This document shows positions 1-7,974 of a stretch of DNA of 27,529 bases, one piece after another (position 1 is the first letter of the stretch; every line of letters begins with the position of its first letter). The notes beneath the pieces were generated by a model, which was given only the letters and a program-made list of their open reading frames with translations, had not been told where the DNA came from and searched no databases. Origin of the DNA: an uncultured virus (IMG/VR IMGVR_UViG_3300025408_000002). Taxonomy: Duplodnaviria; Heunggongvirae; Uroviricota; Caudoviricetes. The translations under genes and the position numbers were made by a program. The DNA lies in the IMG/VR virus record IMGVR_UViG_3300025408_000002. One strand, given 5' to 3'.

Positions 1-192
1 CGCGTGGTGGGAGGTATTACCAACGACTCACTCATGCGTATATGGCTGCCACCCGGCATCGTTGCCGATTCCACGAACAACCCGGCGGCATCCATCCTCA
101 AGCAAACCCGTGACCTGTTCGAGTACCGCGTGGAAGTGGTGGCGAAATCCACGAGTAACGGCGGCTCCCTCTTCGTTGCGAAAAAGGATTGA
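1..192 (+). CDS. 3' end of a hypothetical protein (runs off left edge); probably part of the phage-like operon
   Basis: Frame open from base 1 to TGA at 190-192, 3 nt before the next ATG (196); high-GC coding-like composition. Confidence 0.6.
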   Translation, partial: RVVGGITNDSLMRIWLPPGIVADSTNNPAASILKQTRDLFEYRVEVVAKSTSNGGSLFVAKKD

Positions 193-195
193 CGG

Positions 196-930
196 ATGGG
201 CCTCGCGCGCGTATCGGTTGGTGTGGCGCAGGCGCTGGATAAACTCCGGCGCCGGCGACGATTGCTGACCCGTGGCAACGCGGGAAAGGTGGCCGACGAT
301 GACATGGATCTCGTTGCGCACGCACTCGATGGACTCAACAACGATGTGGAGTTCGCCTTCCGCAACTTCCAGTGGGACCGAGCCAAGCCCGCGGTTGTGA
401 GCGGTGGTGGCGGCAGCGTGGAGGGCATGCCGATACGTCACAGCCCCGTCGCATTCGTCGTGGCGGAGTTCGAGCGCGTGGGCAAAGGTAGCGACGGACA
501 ATTCCGGCCAATGGACGCGGTACGCTGGAGCCTGTGGAATCGACACAACGCGCGGTACTACGTGGGCGTGGGTCAGGACTGCGATGTACGCAACATCACC
601 GGGACCGTGCATGTGGAATCGCTCAATGGTGGCGTGCCATCCGCATACCACGTACTGTGCATGCCCGTTCCGGGTAGCGGGAGCACGCTGATCCTGTCCG
701 GTGATTTGATCGGGCTGGACATCGGCTTCGGACGCTACGGCGATGATCGGTTGCGGTTTCGCGTGGACCTGTACCGATTCGCGGAAGACTTGGCCAGTGC
801 GACGTTGCAGGAAGTGAAGGACGGAAGCGTGAAGTTCCGATCAACGCGCGCGACAATCACCGATGGATTGCTCTCGGATTATCAAACCCATGGACTGAGA
901 CTGAAATGTCATCTGACGATCAACGCATAA
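196..930 (+). CDS. Hypothetical protein, possibly phage tail-associated (244 aa)
   Basis: Long ORF whose stop overlaps the next ATG (TAATG at 928-932); no recognisable catalytic motif. Confidence 0.7.
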   Translation: MGLARVSVGVAQALDKLRRRRRLLTRGNAGKVADDDMDLVAHALDGLNNDVEFAFRNFQWDRAKPAVVSGGGGSVEGMPIRHSPVAFVVAEFERVGKGSDGQFRPMDAVRWSLWNRHNARYYVGVGQDCDVRNITGTVHVESLNGGVPSAYHVLCMPVPGSGSTLILSGDLIGLDIGFGRYGDDRLRFRVDLYRFAEDLASATLQEVKDGSVKFRSTRATITDGLLSDYQTHGLRLKCHLTINA

Positions 931-3143
931 TGGCGGGGGCGGCGGTGGAGGGCGGTATCAACGCCGGCTCGCCGCGCCTTCGGTCCCGTTCGTCGCGGGT
1001 GCTGCCGCTCCTGCCCGCATTATTCGTGCTTGCCCTCGCGCTCCAACAGTTGGGTGCGGACGTGCGTGGCGTTTCCCCGCGGGTGCTCGCGCCGGACGAT
1101 AGTGGTGCCGTGGTCACGGTGGATTCCACCGACAGCATTGCAACGGGAAAACGGGAACGCGCGAACACTCCGGCAACGCTGACGTGGCATCAGTTCGACA
1201 GTCTTGCGAAGCACAGCAATATCTACTGCATATACATCGGCGACACCACGGGCAGGTACGTATCGCGCGAACACGTAGTGCGGCTTCTGGAAAACCAGCA
1301 TTACAGGGGCCGGGACTCGAGCTTCGTGTTTCAGGGCGACGAGTGCATACGCATCGAGCTACGCCTCGGAACCACCGCGGCCGTGCCGGACACCATACTG
1401 TGGATCAATCAATGCCAAGGCAGCCCCTGTCTCGATACTCTCACGATTCCCTTGGGTTGTTACGAGGAAAGGGAGGAAACGATTGAATCCGAGATGGAGG
1501 TCACGGTTTGCGATACCACGTGCTATCGCACCGACACGCTGAGAAGCCATCGGAGGTACATCCTCATGGAGGATTATCAGAAGGGATTGCTCACGGCCAC
1601 ATTCGGATGCAGCACCGCGCTCCCGGCTTCATCCTCCGCGATCTGGCTGCTCAGGAAGGGAAGCAGATGGTACGGCCCACTGTCGGGCGACCGACCTTTC
1701 GCCGGAGCGGCCGACGATTCATGTTGGATTGATCCGTTTTACGCGGCAATGTATGAAATTCGATTCGGCCCGGCTGGATATGGATACTGGACAGTGGACA
1801 CCACGATCAACAACTACGGATCGGCGGTGGTCGACTGTGCGTTGTTCGGTCAGGCGGGGATAAGCAGGATCATCGATAATTGCAGGTCGGAAATCCGCAC
1901 TAACACGGTGATACGAAGATTCCAGGAATGGATCTATTCGGGAAGGGACACCACCATCATAAATCGCGAATGTGACCCCTGCCTTGTCCCTTATTTTATG
2001 TGCGACGGTGGCACTCTGGACAGTACGCGACAGGTCAGATACATTTACGCCGACACAGTGAAACTCGACACGCTCAAGGAATTGTGTGTGCGTGAGTGGA
2101 CATATCCCATCGGAGGAACTTCGATATACAAGCCCAAAAACACCACCGCCTGCACGAGCGACAGTGCAACGCTCGCATTTCTTCGCGCGAATTGGGTGGG
2201 TAAGGGCGCTTCAAACTGGAGCAGCGGAAAACCCTACCGCCTTATCGACTACGGTACTTCCATCTGTATCTACCGATGCGAACCCGAGGACGAACCCACA
2301 TTCTATATCAGTGGTGAACGATGGTGGGCGCTGGCCGATCTGCCGATGGCTGTCCTTTGCACCGGCGACACCTGCCAGATTGAAACGCTGTTCTACCGTA
2401 CCGTCACGGCTCCGTGCTGCGGCAAGGATTCGAGCATCACCATTTACTGTGATCTCGAAGGATACTATCGTGATTCCACAGTCATTCAAATACGGGTCCC
2501 GAATCTCGGTGTTCCATGCCTGGACAGCGTGGTCGTGGGAATCGTCCCAACGGATACCATCAGGGCATTGGTTGATAGCGTTGTGACCTGGGTGCGTTTC
2601 AGAACGCCCATTGCCTACAAGTTGCAGTATCAAGACACATGCAGGTGCGTTCCTATCCTGAACGGACGGGAATTCTGCGGCGAACTGTGGATTGTGAGGG
2701 ACTGCGATCCTCCGATCTACTTTGGTTCGGACGGGAAATTGCACATTCCCTGCGATCCTGCGGGTTCCATTGATTACGAGTACGTCGAATCACTGGCGCG
2801 ACTACTGTCGCGAAGGGTGGACTCGCTCAGGCATATCGTGGATAGTTTGCTCGCTCTGCCATCGGGCAACACCTGGGACGCGAGCAAATACGAATCCGAT
2901 TTTACTGTGACTGCGTGGCGCGTGCATCTGGTGGACGCGAACGGTGAAAATATCGCGGTAACTCTCCCTCCATCCACCCACGGAGATCAGGTCGTTGTGA
3001 AGCGAATTGATGGCTCTGGGAATACGGTCACGTTAAACGGTACGGTTGACGGAGTGGACGAGCGGACATTGCTACAATACGAATCGCAATGGCTTGTTTT
3101 TTACGACGATCAGTGGTTCATAATATCAAATCACAGCCCATAG
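930..3143 (+). CDS. Large Cys-rich exported protein with C-terminal phage tail-fibre-like domain (~737 aa)
   Basis: Start moved to ATG 930 (coupled to upstream stop). N-terminal hydrophobic stretch VLPLLPALFVLALAL; 29 Cys by hand count. C-terminus VDANGENIAVTLP..GDQVVVKRIDGSGNTVTLNGTVDG...QYESQWLVFYDDQW resembles a common phage fibre module. Confidence 0.75.
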   Translation: MAGAAVEGGINAGSPRLRSRSSRVLPLLPALFVLALALQQLGADVRGVSPRVLAPDDSGAVVTVDSTDSIATGKRERANTPATLTWHQFDSLAKHSNIYCIYIGDTTGRYVSREHVVRLLENQHYRGRDSSFVFQGDECIRIELRLGTTAAVPDTILWINQCQGSPCLDTLTIPLGCYEEREETIESEMEVTVCDTTCYRTDTLRSHRRYILMEDYQKGLLTATFGCSTALPASSSAIWLLRKGSRWYGPLSGDRPFAGAADDSCWIDPFYAAMYEIRFGPAGYGYWTVDTTINNYGSAVVDCALFGQAGISRIIDNCRSEIRTNTVIRRFQEWIYSGRDTTIINRECDPCLVPYFMCDGGTLDSTRQVRYIYADTVKLDTLKELCVREWTYPIGGTSIYKPKNTTACTSDSATLAFLRANWVGKGASNWSSGKPYRLIDYGTSICIYRCEPEDEPTFYISGERWWALADLPMAVLCTGDTCQIETLFYRTVTAPCCGKDSSITIYCDLEGYYRDSTVIQIRVPNLGVPCLDSVVVGIVPTDTIRALVDSVVTWVRFRTPIAYKLQYQDTCRCVPILNGREFCGELWIVRDCDPPIYFGSDGKLHIPCDPAGSIDYEYVESLARLLSRRVDSLRHIVDSLLALPSGNTWDASKYESDFTVTAWRVHLVDANGENIAVTLPPSTHGDQVVVKRIDGSGNTVTLNGTVDGVDERTLLQYESQWLVFYDDQWFIISNHSP

Positions 3144-3157
3144 GCAGAGAGGACATC

Positions 3158-3742
3158 ATGAAATATTTCATTGTATTGGTTGTGCTGCTCGCGTTCCCGA
3201 TGGCTTCCACCGCGCAACAGGGAAGCCCCTCATCCCGATCGGGTGCAACTATTTTCCGTGATTCTTTGAGAGCATCGGAACAGTGGTATACATTCCGCAT
3301 CGATTCCACCTATCTTCGTGGCGGTGGCAGTCGTGGCGATACAACATGGTACGCTGATCCTCGTATCAGAGCCCCAAAAGGACAAGTTAAGCTACAAATT
3401 AATGTATTGAGCTCGAATGGTCGCGCCGACACCATTCGCGTGATGCGCTTGGTGCGCGCCACATATAATGCCGCTATCGACGCCTATGATAGCGTATGGG
3501 TACCCGTCCCAATCATGGATTTGGCAACAGCTACAACGGCACTTACCGGCATAATTAGTATCGGTCCGTTCTACGCGCCTTCGTGGGCCGAATTCTATTA
3601 TGGCTCTTTTCTGCTCTACGATATAACCGGCGAGAACGGGAGCTGGCGTATCGAACGAGTGAGCGGCAAAGGGCACCCGAACTATCCTGACGATTCAGCA
3701 ACTCATACACTGATTTTCGAATTCTTTAGAAAAGACTACTAA
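3158..3742 (+). CDS. Secreted hypothetical protein (194 aa)
   Basis: ATG 3158 preceded by AGAGGA; signal peptide MKYFIVLVVLLAFPMASTA|QQ; six D-(S/T) sequons. Confidence 0.8.
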   Translation: MKYFIVLVVLLAFPMASTAQQGSPSSRSGATIFRDSLRASEQWYTFRIDSTYLRGGGSRGDTTWYADPRIRAPKGQVKLQINVLSSNGRADTIRVMRLVRATYNAAIDAYDSVWVPVPIMDLATATTALTGIISIGPFYAPSWAEFYYGSFLLYDITGENGSWRIERVSGKGHPNYPDDSATHTLIFEFFRKDY

Positions 3743-3754
3743 CAGGAGTGGAGT

Positions 3755-4828
3755 ATGCGAAACAAAGCTATCTTATGCCTTGCTGCCCTTCTCTTGGTCG
3801 GGGCGGCGCGCGGAGGCGCTCAAGACATTTTCCCTGCCGGGAACGCGAAACCAACGGTAACCTACACGTCCGGTGACTATCAAATCATTGGATTTCGTGG
3901 TATTGATACAGCATCGTTCGCTGTTTCGAACGATGCGATGGTTCTCTCAACAGGAATGAAGTTTCGTTCTTGGGACGACCAACTTATGAGCATCCAGCGG
4001 GTGGGTAACGAGTTGTGGTTCAATACTACGGATAGATCAATTTTCCAAACTTATATGACCTTGGAACCGTATTCAACTGGCGTCACCATGACTTTATACG
4101 GGAACGATGGGAATAAAGACAACGTGAAGATTGACGCCGACAATGACTCTCCGACGCTCTACATGAATGGAACGTACCGTGGTGGACGAATCTACCTCAC
4201 GGCAACCGATCCAACTGCTGATTCCGATCTCATGGCGGAACATCCTTTCGCTATATATTCGGGAAGAAGTGGTTCGGAGACGGAAGTGAAGATGGGCGCT
4301 GTTGATACATACCTGAAATCCCGCTTCATCGTATGGAAGGGATATGGTACTGGAAAAGTATTCTCCATCGATTCATCCGGCAATGTAACTATTGCCTATG
4401 CCAATAATCACTTATCGAAACGGAAGCATCTACTCAACGTCGCTGGCACAGGATTATTCGACAGCAGCGTTATCGCGCTCGGTGATGTGAGCGGAGCCAC
4501 ATTCAACGGCGTGAAAGTGTATCGGGCTTTTCTTACGCAAACCGGCACGAGCGCCCCGACCGCAACGATACTGGAAAATTCCTTGGGCACAATCGTATGG
4601 GCACGCGCAGACACCGGAACGTACACTGCCACGCTTTCGAATGCCTTTACCGCGAACAAAACCTGGGCGGAGAACAAAATCATATCAGCCAGCACGGGCG
4701 CGGTATATGATATTGTTCGTACATCCGCAAGCGTGATGACAGTAACCACACGTCAGATGCCAGGAGCGGCGGCGCGAAAAGATGCTCTTCTTTCTTCAAC
4801 AGTTCTAGAGATTCGGGTCTACCCATGA
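3755..4828 (+). CDS. Secreted tail-fibre-like protein (357 aa)
   Basis: RBS AGGAG/GGAG; signal peptide MRNKAILCLAALLLVGAARGGA|QD; beta-rich fibre-like middle. C-terminal KVYRAFLTQTGTSAPTATILENSLGTIVWAR..G.Y...LEIRVYP domain that I recognise from Bacteroidota-phage fibre proteins. Confidence 0.75.
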   Translation: MRNKAILCLAALLLVGAARGGAQDIFPAGNAKPTVTYTSGDYQIIGFRGIDTASFAVSNDAMVLSTGMKFRSWDDQLMSIQRVGNELWFNTTDRSIFQTYMTLEPYSTGVTMTLYGNDGNKDNVKIDADNDSPTLYMNGTYRGGRIYLTATDPTADSDLMAEHPFAIYSGRSGSETEVKMGAVDTYLKSRFIVWKGYGTGKVFSIDSSGNVTIAYANNHLSKRKHLLNVAGTGLFDSSVIALGDVSGATFNGVKVYRAFLTQTGTSAPTATILENSLGTIVWARADTGTYTATLSNAFTANKTWAENKIISASTGAVYDIVRTSASVMTVTTRQMPGAAARKDALLSSTVLEIRVYP

Positions 4829-5487
4829 GACTGCTGCTGATCATATTATTTACGTCCTGCGCCACGGGCCAAGCCTACGTTTTTAATGGCGGATTTCCCG
4901 AGCATGATTCGCTGGTTGCCGAAGCATTCAAGCAAGGATATTCAAGTGTTCGGATATGGAATGGAACCGTGCAAATCGGTTCACTCTCTATTTCCCAGGC
5001 AAAAGCTACGGGCAAGACCCTGTATATTAAATCTTACAGTGGATTTGCTACTCACATTTCCGATGCAGATGACGCACTCATTTCAGGTATGTTGACAGTA
5101 ATGCCCACTGGTTCGAATACGGCTTCCAGACTTTGGAATTCGAATGCAGTGCTTCCAAGTATTGTCATCACAGGTGCGGGCGACACCGCAAACGCTACTG
5201 CATGGGATGTGGAATTTCATGCGCCCGATCCTTTCGGCGGTACAGCTTCGAGCTACGCGAACGGTTTCATCGCTGGTCAACTCATGGCTATACGGGATTC
5301 ATTGAACTGCTCATGGTGGGAAGCTCGATTTAGAGCACGAATCACGGGACATGCATGGACGCAAAAAAGTGGATATGGTAAAATCAATACGTCGGCAGCA
5401 CTTCAGTACGGCTTCGGTGTCCCACCGAATCCTTACGCGAATGGTTCGCCGAATTATCCTGAATGGTTCATTAAAAGTGGACGGTAA
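4825..5487 (+). CDS. Minimal, divergent subtilase (peptidase S8)-like exported protein (220 aa)
   Basis: ATGA overlap with upstream stop. Motifs in S8 order: AYVFNGG, EHDSLVA, MPTGSN, PSIVITGA, DVEFHAPD, ASSYANGFIAG, SGYGKINTSAAL. Confidence 0.6.
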   Translation: MRLLLIILFTSCATGQAYVFNGGFPEHDSLVAEAFKQGYSSVRIWNGTVQIGSLSISQAKATGKTLYIKSYSGFATHISDADDALISGMLTVMPTGSNTASRLWNSNAVLPSIVITGAGDTANATAWDVEFHAPDPFGGTASSYANGFIAGQLMAIRDSLNCSWWEARFRARITGHAWTQKSGYGKINTSAALQYGFGVPPNPYANGSPNYPEWFIKSGR

Positions 5488-5488
5488 T

Positions 5489-5767
5489 ATGAGCGCCTAT
5501 TCCGGTAAAATCTTCGGCACCATAACCGACGCAGAGACGGGCGAACCGCTCATCGGCGCCGTAGTGCGGGTTCATCGCCGCGACGGTCTGTACCTGGGCA
5601 GCGCGGGCACCAATCTACGTGGCGAATGGCTCTTCCTCGCCGACAACCAACCCGAGGATGTGCTTCAATTCAAGGCGGAGTATTTGGGCTATGTGTCGAT
5701 GGAGACGCTAGAGATCATCGGCCAGGACGACCCGCTGAACTTCAAACTGATGACGTTCGGACGGTGA
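5489..5767 (+). CDS. Carboxypeptidase regulatory-like (CarboxypepD_reg) single-domain protein (92 aa)
   Basis: GKIFGTITDAETGEPLIGAVV...GTNLRGEW...YLGY is the typical domain pattern; start moved to ATG 5489, just after the upstream stop. Confidence 0.75.
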   Translation: MSAYSGKIFGTITDAETGEPLIGAVVRVHRRDGLYLGSAGTNLRGEWLFLADNQPEDVLQFKAEYLGYVSMETLEIIGQDDPLNFKLMTFGR

Positions 5768-5771
5768 TGCG

Positions 5772-6164
5772 ATGAAAACAATACTTGTCCTCGCTCTGTT
5801 GCTCGCCGGCTGTTGCCAGCAACCCACGTTCGACCGCGATCCGGTAAAGGAATTCGAGCACCGCGTGCTCACCGATTACGGGTACAGTCGCGTCGATTCA
5901 CAAAACAGCACATACACCAACATCTTCGAGAAGCGTATCCACCTGCCCCATGGCTACTATCAGGTGCACATCTGGGTGGACGACCGACCGCAGGGACGAT
6001 ATGAGGTGTACGTGATGAATTCGACAACCCTGCCGAGCACGTACCTATACCACCGCGACGGCAAAGGGCAGAAAACCACGCGATTCTTTGGTTCGGTGCA
6101 CGAGGCGGAAAACTACGCGCATCGGGTGATTTCCACGCACGAGCAAGCCGTTGCCACGCAATAG
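5772..6164 (+). CDS. Lipoprotein of unknown function (130 aa)
   Basis: MKTILVLALLLAG|C lipobox; paralogous to the next gene. Confidence 0.8.
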   Translation: MKTILVLALLLAGCCQQPTFDRDPVKEFEHRVLTDYGYSRVDSQNSTYTNIFEKRIHLPHGYYQVHIWVDDRPQGRYEVYVMNSTTLPSTYLYHRDGKGQKTTRFFGSVHEAENYAHRVISTHEQAVATQ

Positions 6165-6278
6165 GTTGCGGCGGGATTTACAATAATTCGCGAGAATTTT
6201 TACGAGAATTTTCACGCAAAATGTAAGGAGACGCCATGGACTGCAAGAAGAAGGGCGGAAAGAAAGGCGGATAGCGGC

Positions 6279-6680
6279 ATGAAAATCAGCGGACTTCGCA
6301 GGGTTATACTCGAAAATAATTCCAGAATTATTCCGTTGCTTGCTCTCGCGCTGCTTGCGCTCGCATCGTGCGCCGCGCCGCGCTCCACGTACTTCGAGCG
6401 GCACATCCTTGAGACGCGCGGATACTCTCCCGTCGGAAGCGCGTCCTGGGAGCTGGCCGGAGTGTGGAAGCGAAGCCACCATCTCCCAGGCGGGCTGTAT
6501 CGGGCCGAGCTCCGCATCGTGGAGGGCGGTTACCGCGTTTCGGTGTGGCACTGGACGGGCACCGCGCGCGAACTGCTCGAAGCCGGCAAACACACCGAGC
6601 CGATACTCGACTGCGCGCTGGACGTGGCCGACGAACTGATACACAGGCGTGAAGAAAAGCACAGGATTGAACGACGGTAA
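6279..6680 (+). CDS. Lipoprotein of unknown function, paralogue of 5772-6164 (133 aa)
   Basis: LLALAS|C lipobox; FERHILETRGYSPVGS...HLPGGLY aligns with FEHRVLTDYGYSRVDS...HLPHGYY; start position uncertain. Confidence 0.7.
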   Translation: MKISGLRRVILENNSRIIPLLALALLALASCAAPRSTYFERHILETRGYSPVGSASWELAGVWKRSHHLPGGLYRAELRIVEGGYRVSVWHWTGTARELLEAGKHTEPILDCALDVADELIHRREEKHRIERR

Positions 6681-6705
6681 TCACACGGACGCGCGGGGGT
6701 ATTCC

Positions 6706-7035
6706 ATGAAACTTCGTCCTTGGTTCTGGATTGGCGTGCTACTCATGGCGCTGTATAATCACGCGGACTTTCTCTGGCAAGCGGAAATGCACGTATGGCC
6801 TGCCTGGCTGGACTTGACGCATCGAGCTCCGCACTGGCCGTGGTATCTGGACTGGATACCGCATGACGGCTGGCACGTGGTCCAATCGATCAAGAACCAC
6901 GCGGCCCTCCTCGGATCGGCATTGGTGTTCTACGGCACCGTGCACAGATGGCGTTCTCCATGGTGGGAACTCGTTGCGGTTTTGCTGGTATACGGGTTGA
7001 CGCGATTCCTGTGCTTCACGCTGTTCCTGCCGTAG
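6706..7035 (+). CDS. Small Trp-rich membrane protein with DGWH motif (109 aa)
   Basis: ATG 6706 after GGGGGT; three hydrophobic segments; last gene of the operon. Confidence 0.7.
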   Translation: MKLRPWFWIGVLLMALYNHADFLWQAEMHVWPAWLDLTHRAPHWPWYLDWIPHDGWHVVQSIKNHAALLGSALVFYGTVHRWRSPWWELVAVLLVYGLTRFLCFTLFLP

Positions 7036-7039
7036 GGCA

Positions 7040-7060
7040 GGGACGAACCATGGGACAAAC
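7040..7060. repeat. Direct repeat GGGACRAAC x2, possible integrase arm-type sites
   Basis: GGGACGAAC 7040-7048 and GGGACAAAC 7052-7060, directly after the last gene of the phage-like block. Confidence 0.35.
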
Positions 7061-7113
7061 GTAGTAAAATCCGCGAATCCAGCCGATTCACGCGGATACC
7101 GCATTGCATCCTC

Positions 7114-7167
7114 CTTCAGCTCTCAACGGCCGTACTTCCACACAGTCCTGAGAGCTGAAGCTTTTTT
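7114..7167 (+). terminator. Intrinsic terminator-like hairpin
   Basis: Perfect 12-bp inverted repeat CTTCAGCTCTCA (7114-7125) / TGAGAGCTGAAG (7149-7160) followed by CTTTTTT; the 23-nt loop is unusually long. Confidence 0.6.
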
Positions 7168-7480
7168 ATGTGGGAAGAGAGTAATGAGGTCGTGAGAGTA
7201 AGGAGGGGGGGCGAGCGGATTCTACTGCAAGCGGATTGTTGAAGGCGATGACCGGGACAGTCGGAAAGGTGTTTGTGTGAAAAGGAAAATGGTGAAAGGG
7301 GCTGCGGTCGGTTGCCCTTTTTACTTTTCCTCGTTTTGCCCCTGGAGCCGCCGGGTTAATCGGGAAGGGAATCGCCGCCGGGATGGAGGCAAGCAGCAAC
7401 AACGAATCGCTTCAGGGCGGAAGAATGGCGTGGGTTGCGCTGCTCATCGAAAATAAATCTGCCCGAGAGTTCACCACATC

Positions 7481-7509
7481 TTGCCTTTGACGACAATATT
7501 AGCTATTAT
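7481..7509 (+). promoter_or_regulatory. Sigma70-type promoter upstream of the integrase remnant and cassette array
   Basis: TTGCCT-17 nt-TATTAT; a related copy lies at 23411-23439. Confidence 0.5.
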
Positions 7510-7648
7510 CGCCCATTGTTTCAGTTGCGACGGATGGCGATGAGCGTTGTGCCCCGTGTAAGAGCTTCGAATGTGCTTCCATCTCTCCCTTGTGAGTGCG
7601 AAAGTGGGAGATGGGGTGTGGTGATACGGGGTGGTAGGTAGGAACATG

Positions 7649-7843
7649 CCGTACACGACGCGGAGAGTACGAGTTATTCCGATTGCCTGTCAGTACGACG
7701 AGAGCACGCACTAGCTCGGAGAGATGGGACATAATCGAGAGAATCCGAAAGTGTTCGAATACGCCGGTTCAAATGGCACGGAGATGCACACAGCTTTGAC
7801 GGTAACAAATATTAAGCGCATTCAGTCACGAGTAGAGGATTTG
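7649..7843 (+). pseudogene. Heavily decayed C-terminus of a tyrosine recombinase (integron-type integrase)
   Basis: Collinear degenerate motifs: PYTTRRVRVI (~PYS.RSVQ.I), TH*LG (~THLLE), DGT*SR in a shifted frame (~GTDLR), YAGSNGTEMHT (~H.SSKTTEIYT) and IKRIQSRVEDL (~I.KI.SP.DDL); catalytic residues lost. Confidence 0.5.
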
Positions 7844-7936
7844 CAGGAACTGAAGAGTGATGGCAGAATTGTAGTGGGTGGCCGCGGTCATACAAAGCCG
7901 CAGGAAATTGCGTGTATTGTATGAATATTGTGTACA

Positions 7937-7960
7937 TATAAGCAAGTTATAGCCAATGCT
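7937..7960 (+). other. attI-like primary recombination site
   Basis: TATAA-gcaag-TTATA inverted pair with GTT core at 7946; 7946-7960 is complementary (14/15) to the end of cassette 1 (9014-9028); no long attC arms upstream. Confidence 0.5.
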
Positions 7961-7974
7961 AAAAAAACAGACTA

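Larger units (their letters stand above)
1..7060 (+). mobile_element. Right-hand end of a prophage-like element (tail/fibre and cargo module)
   Basis: Ten co-oriented, mostly abutting or overlapping hypothetical genes, two with phage fibre-like C-terminal domains. The block ends in short direct repeats and a terminator. No capsid, terminase or integrase in the window, so prophage status is inferred. Confidence 0.5.

Noticed and set aside
7114..7160. SRP (4.5S) RNA or tRNA 3' fragment as att core
   Set aside because: Lacks the SRP helix-8 consensus and any GTTCGA..CCA end
7724..7924. 66-aa ORF as a functional gene
   Set aside because: Better explained as part of the decayed integrase remnant
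7926..7960. dif/pdif (XerCD) site
   Set aside because: ATAA and TTAT are separated by 5 nt rather than 6, and the XerD arm TTATGTTAAAT is absent; an attI-like reading fits better
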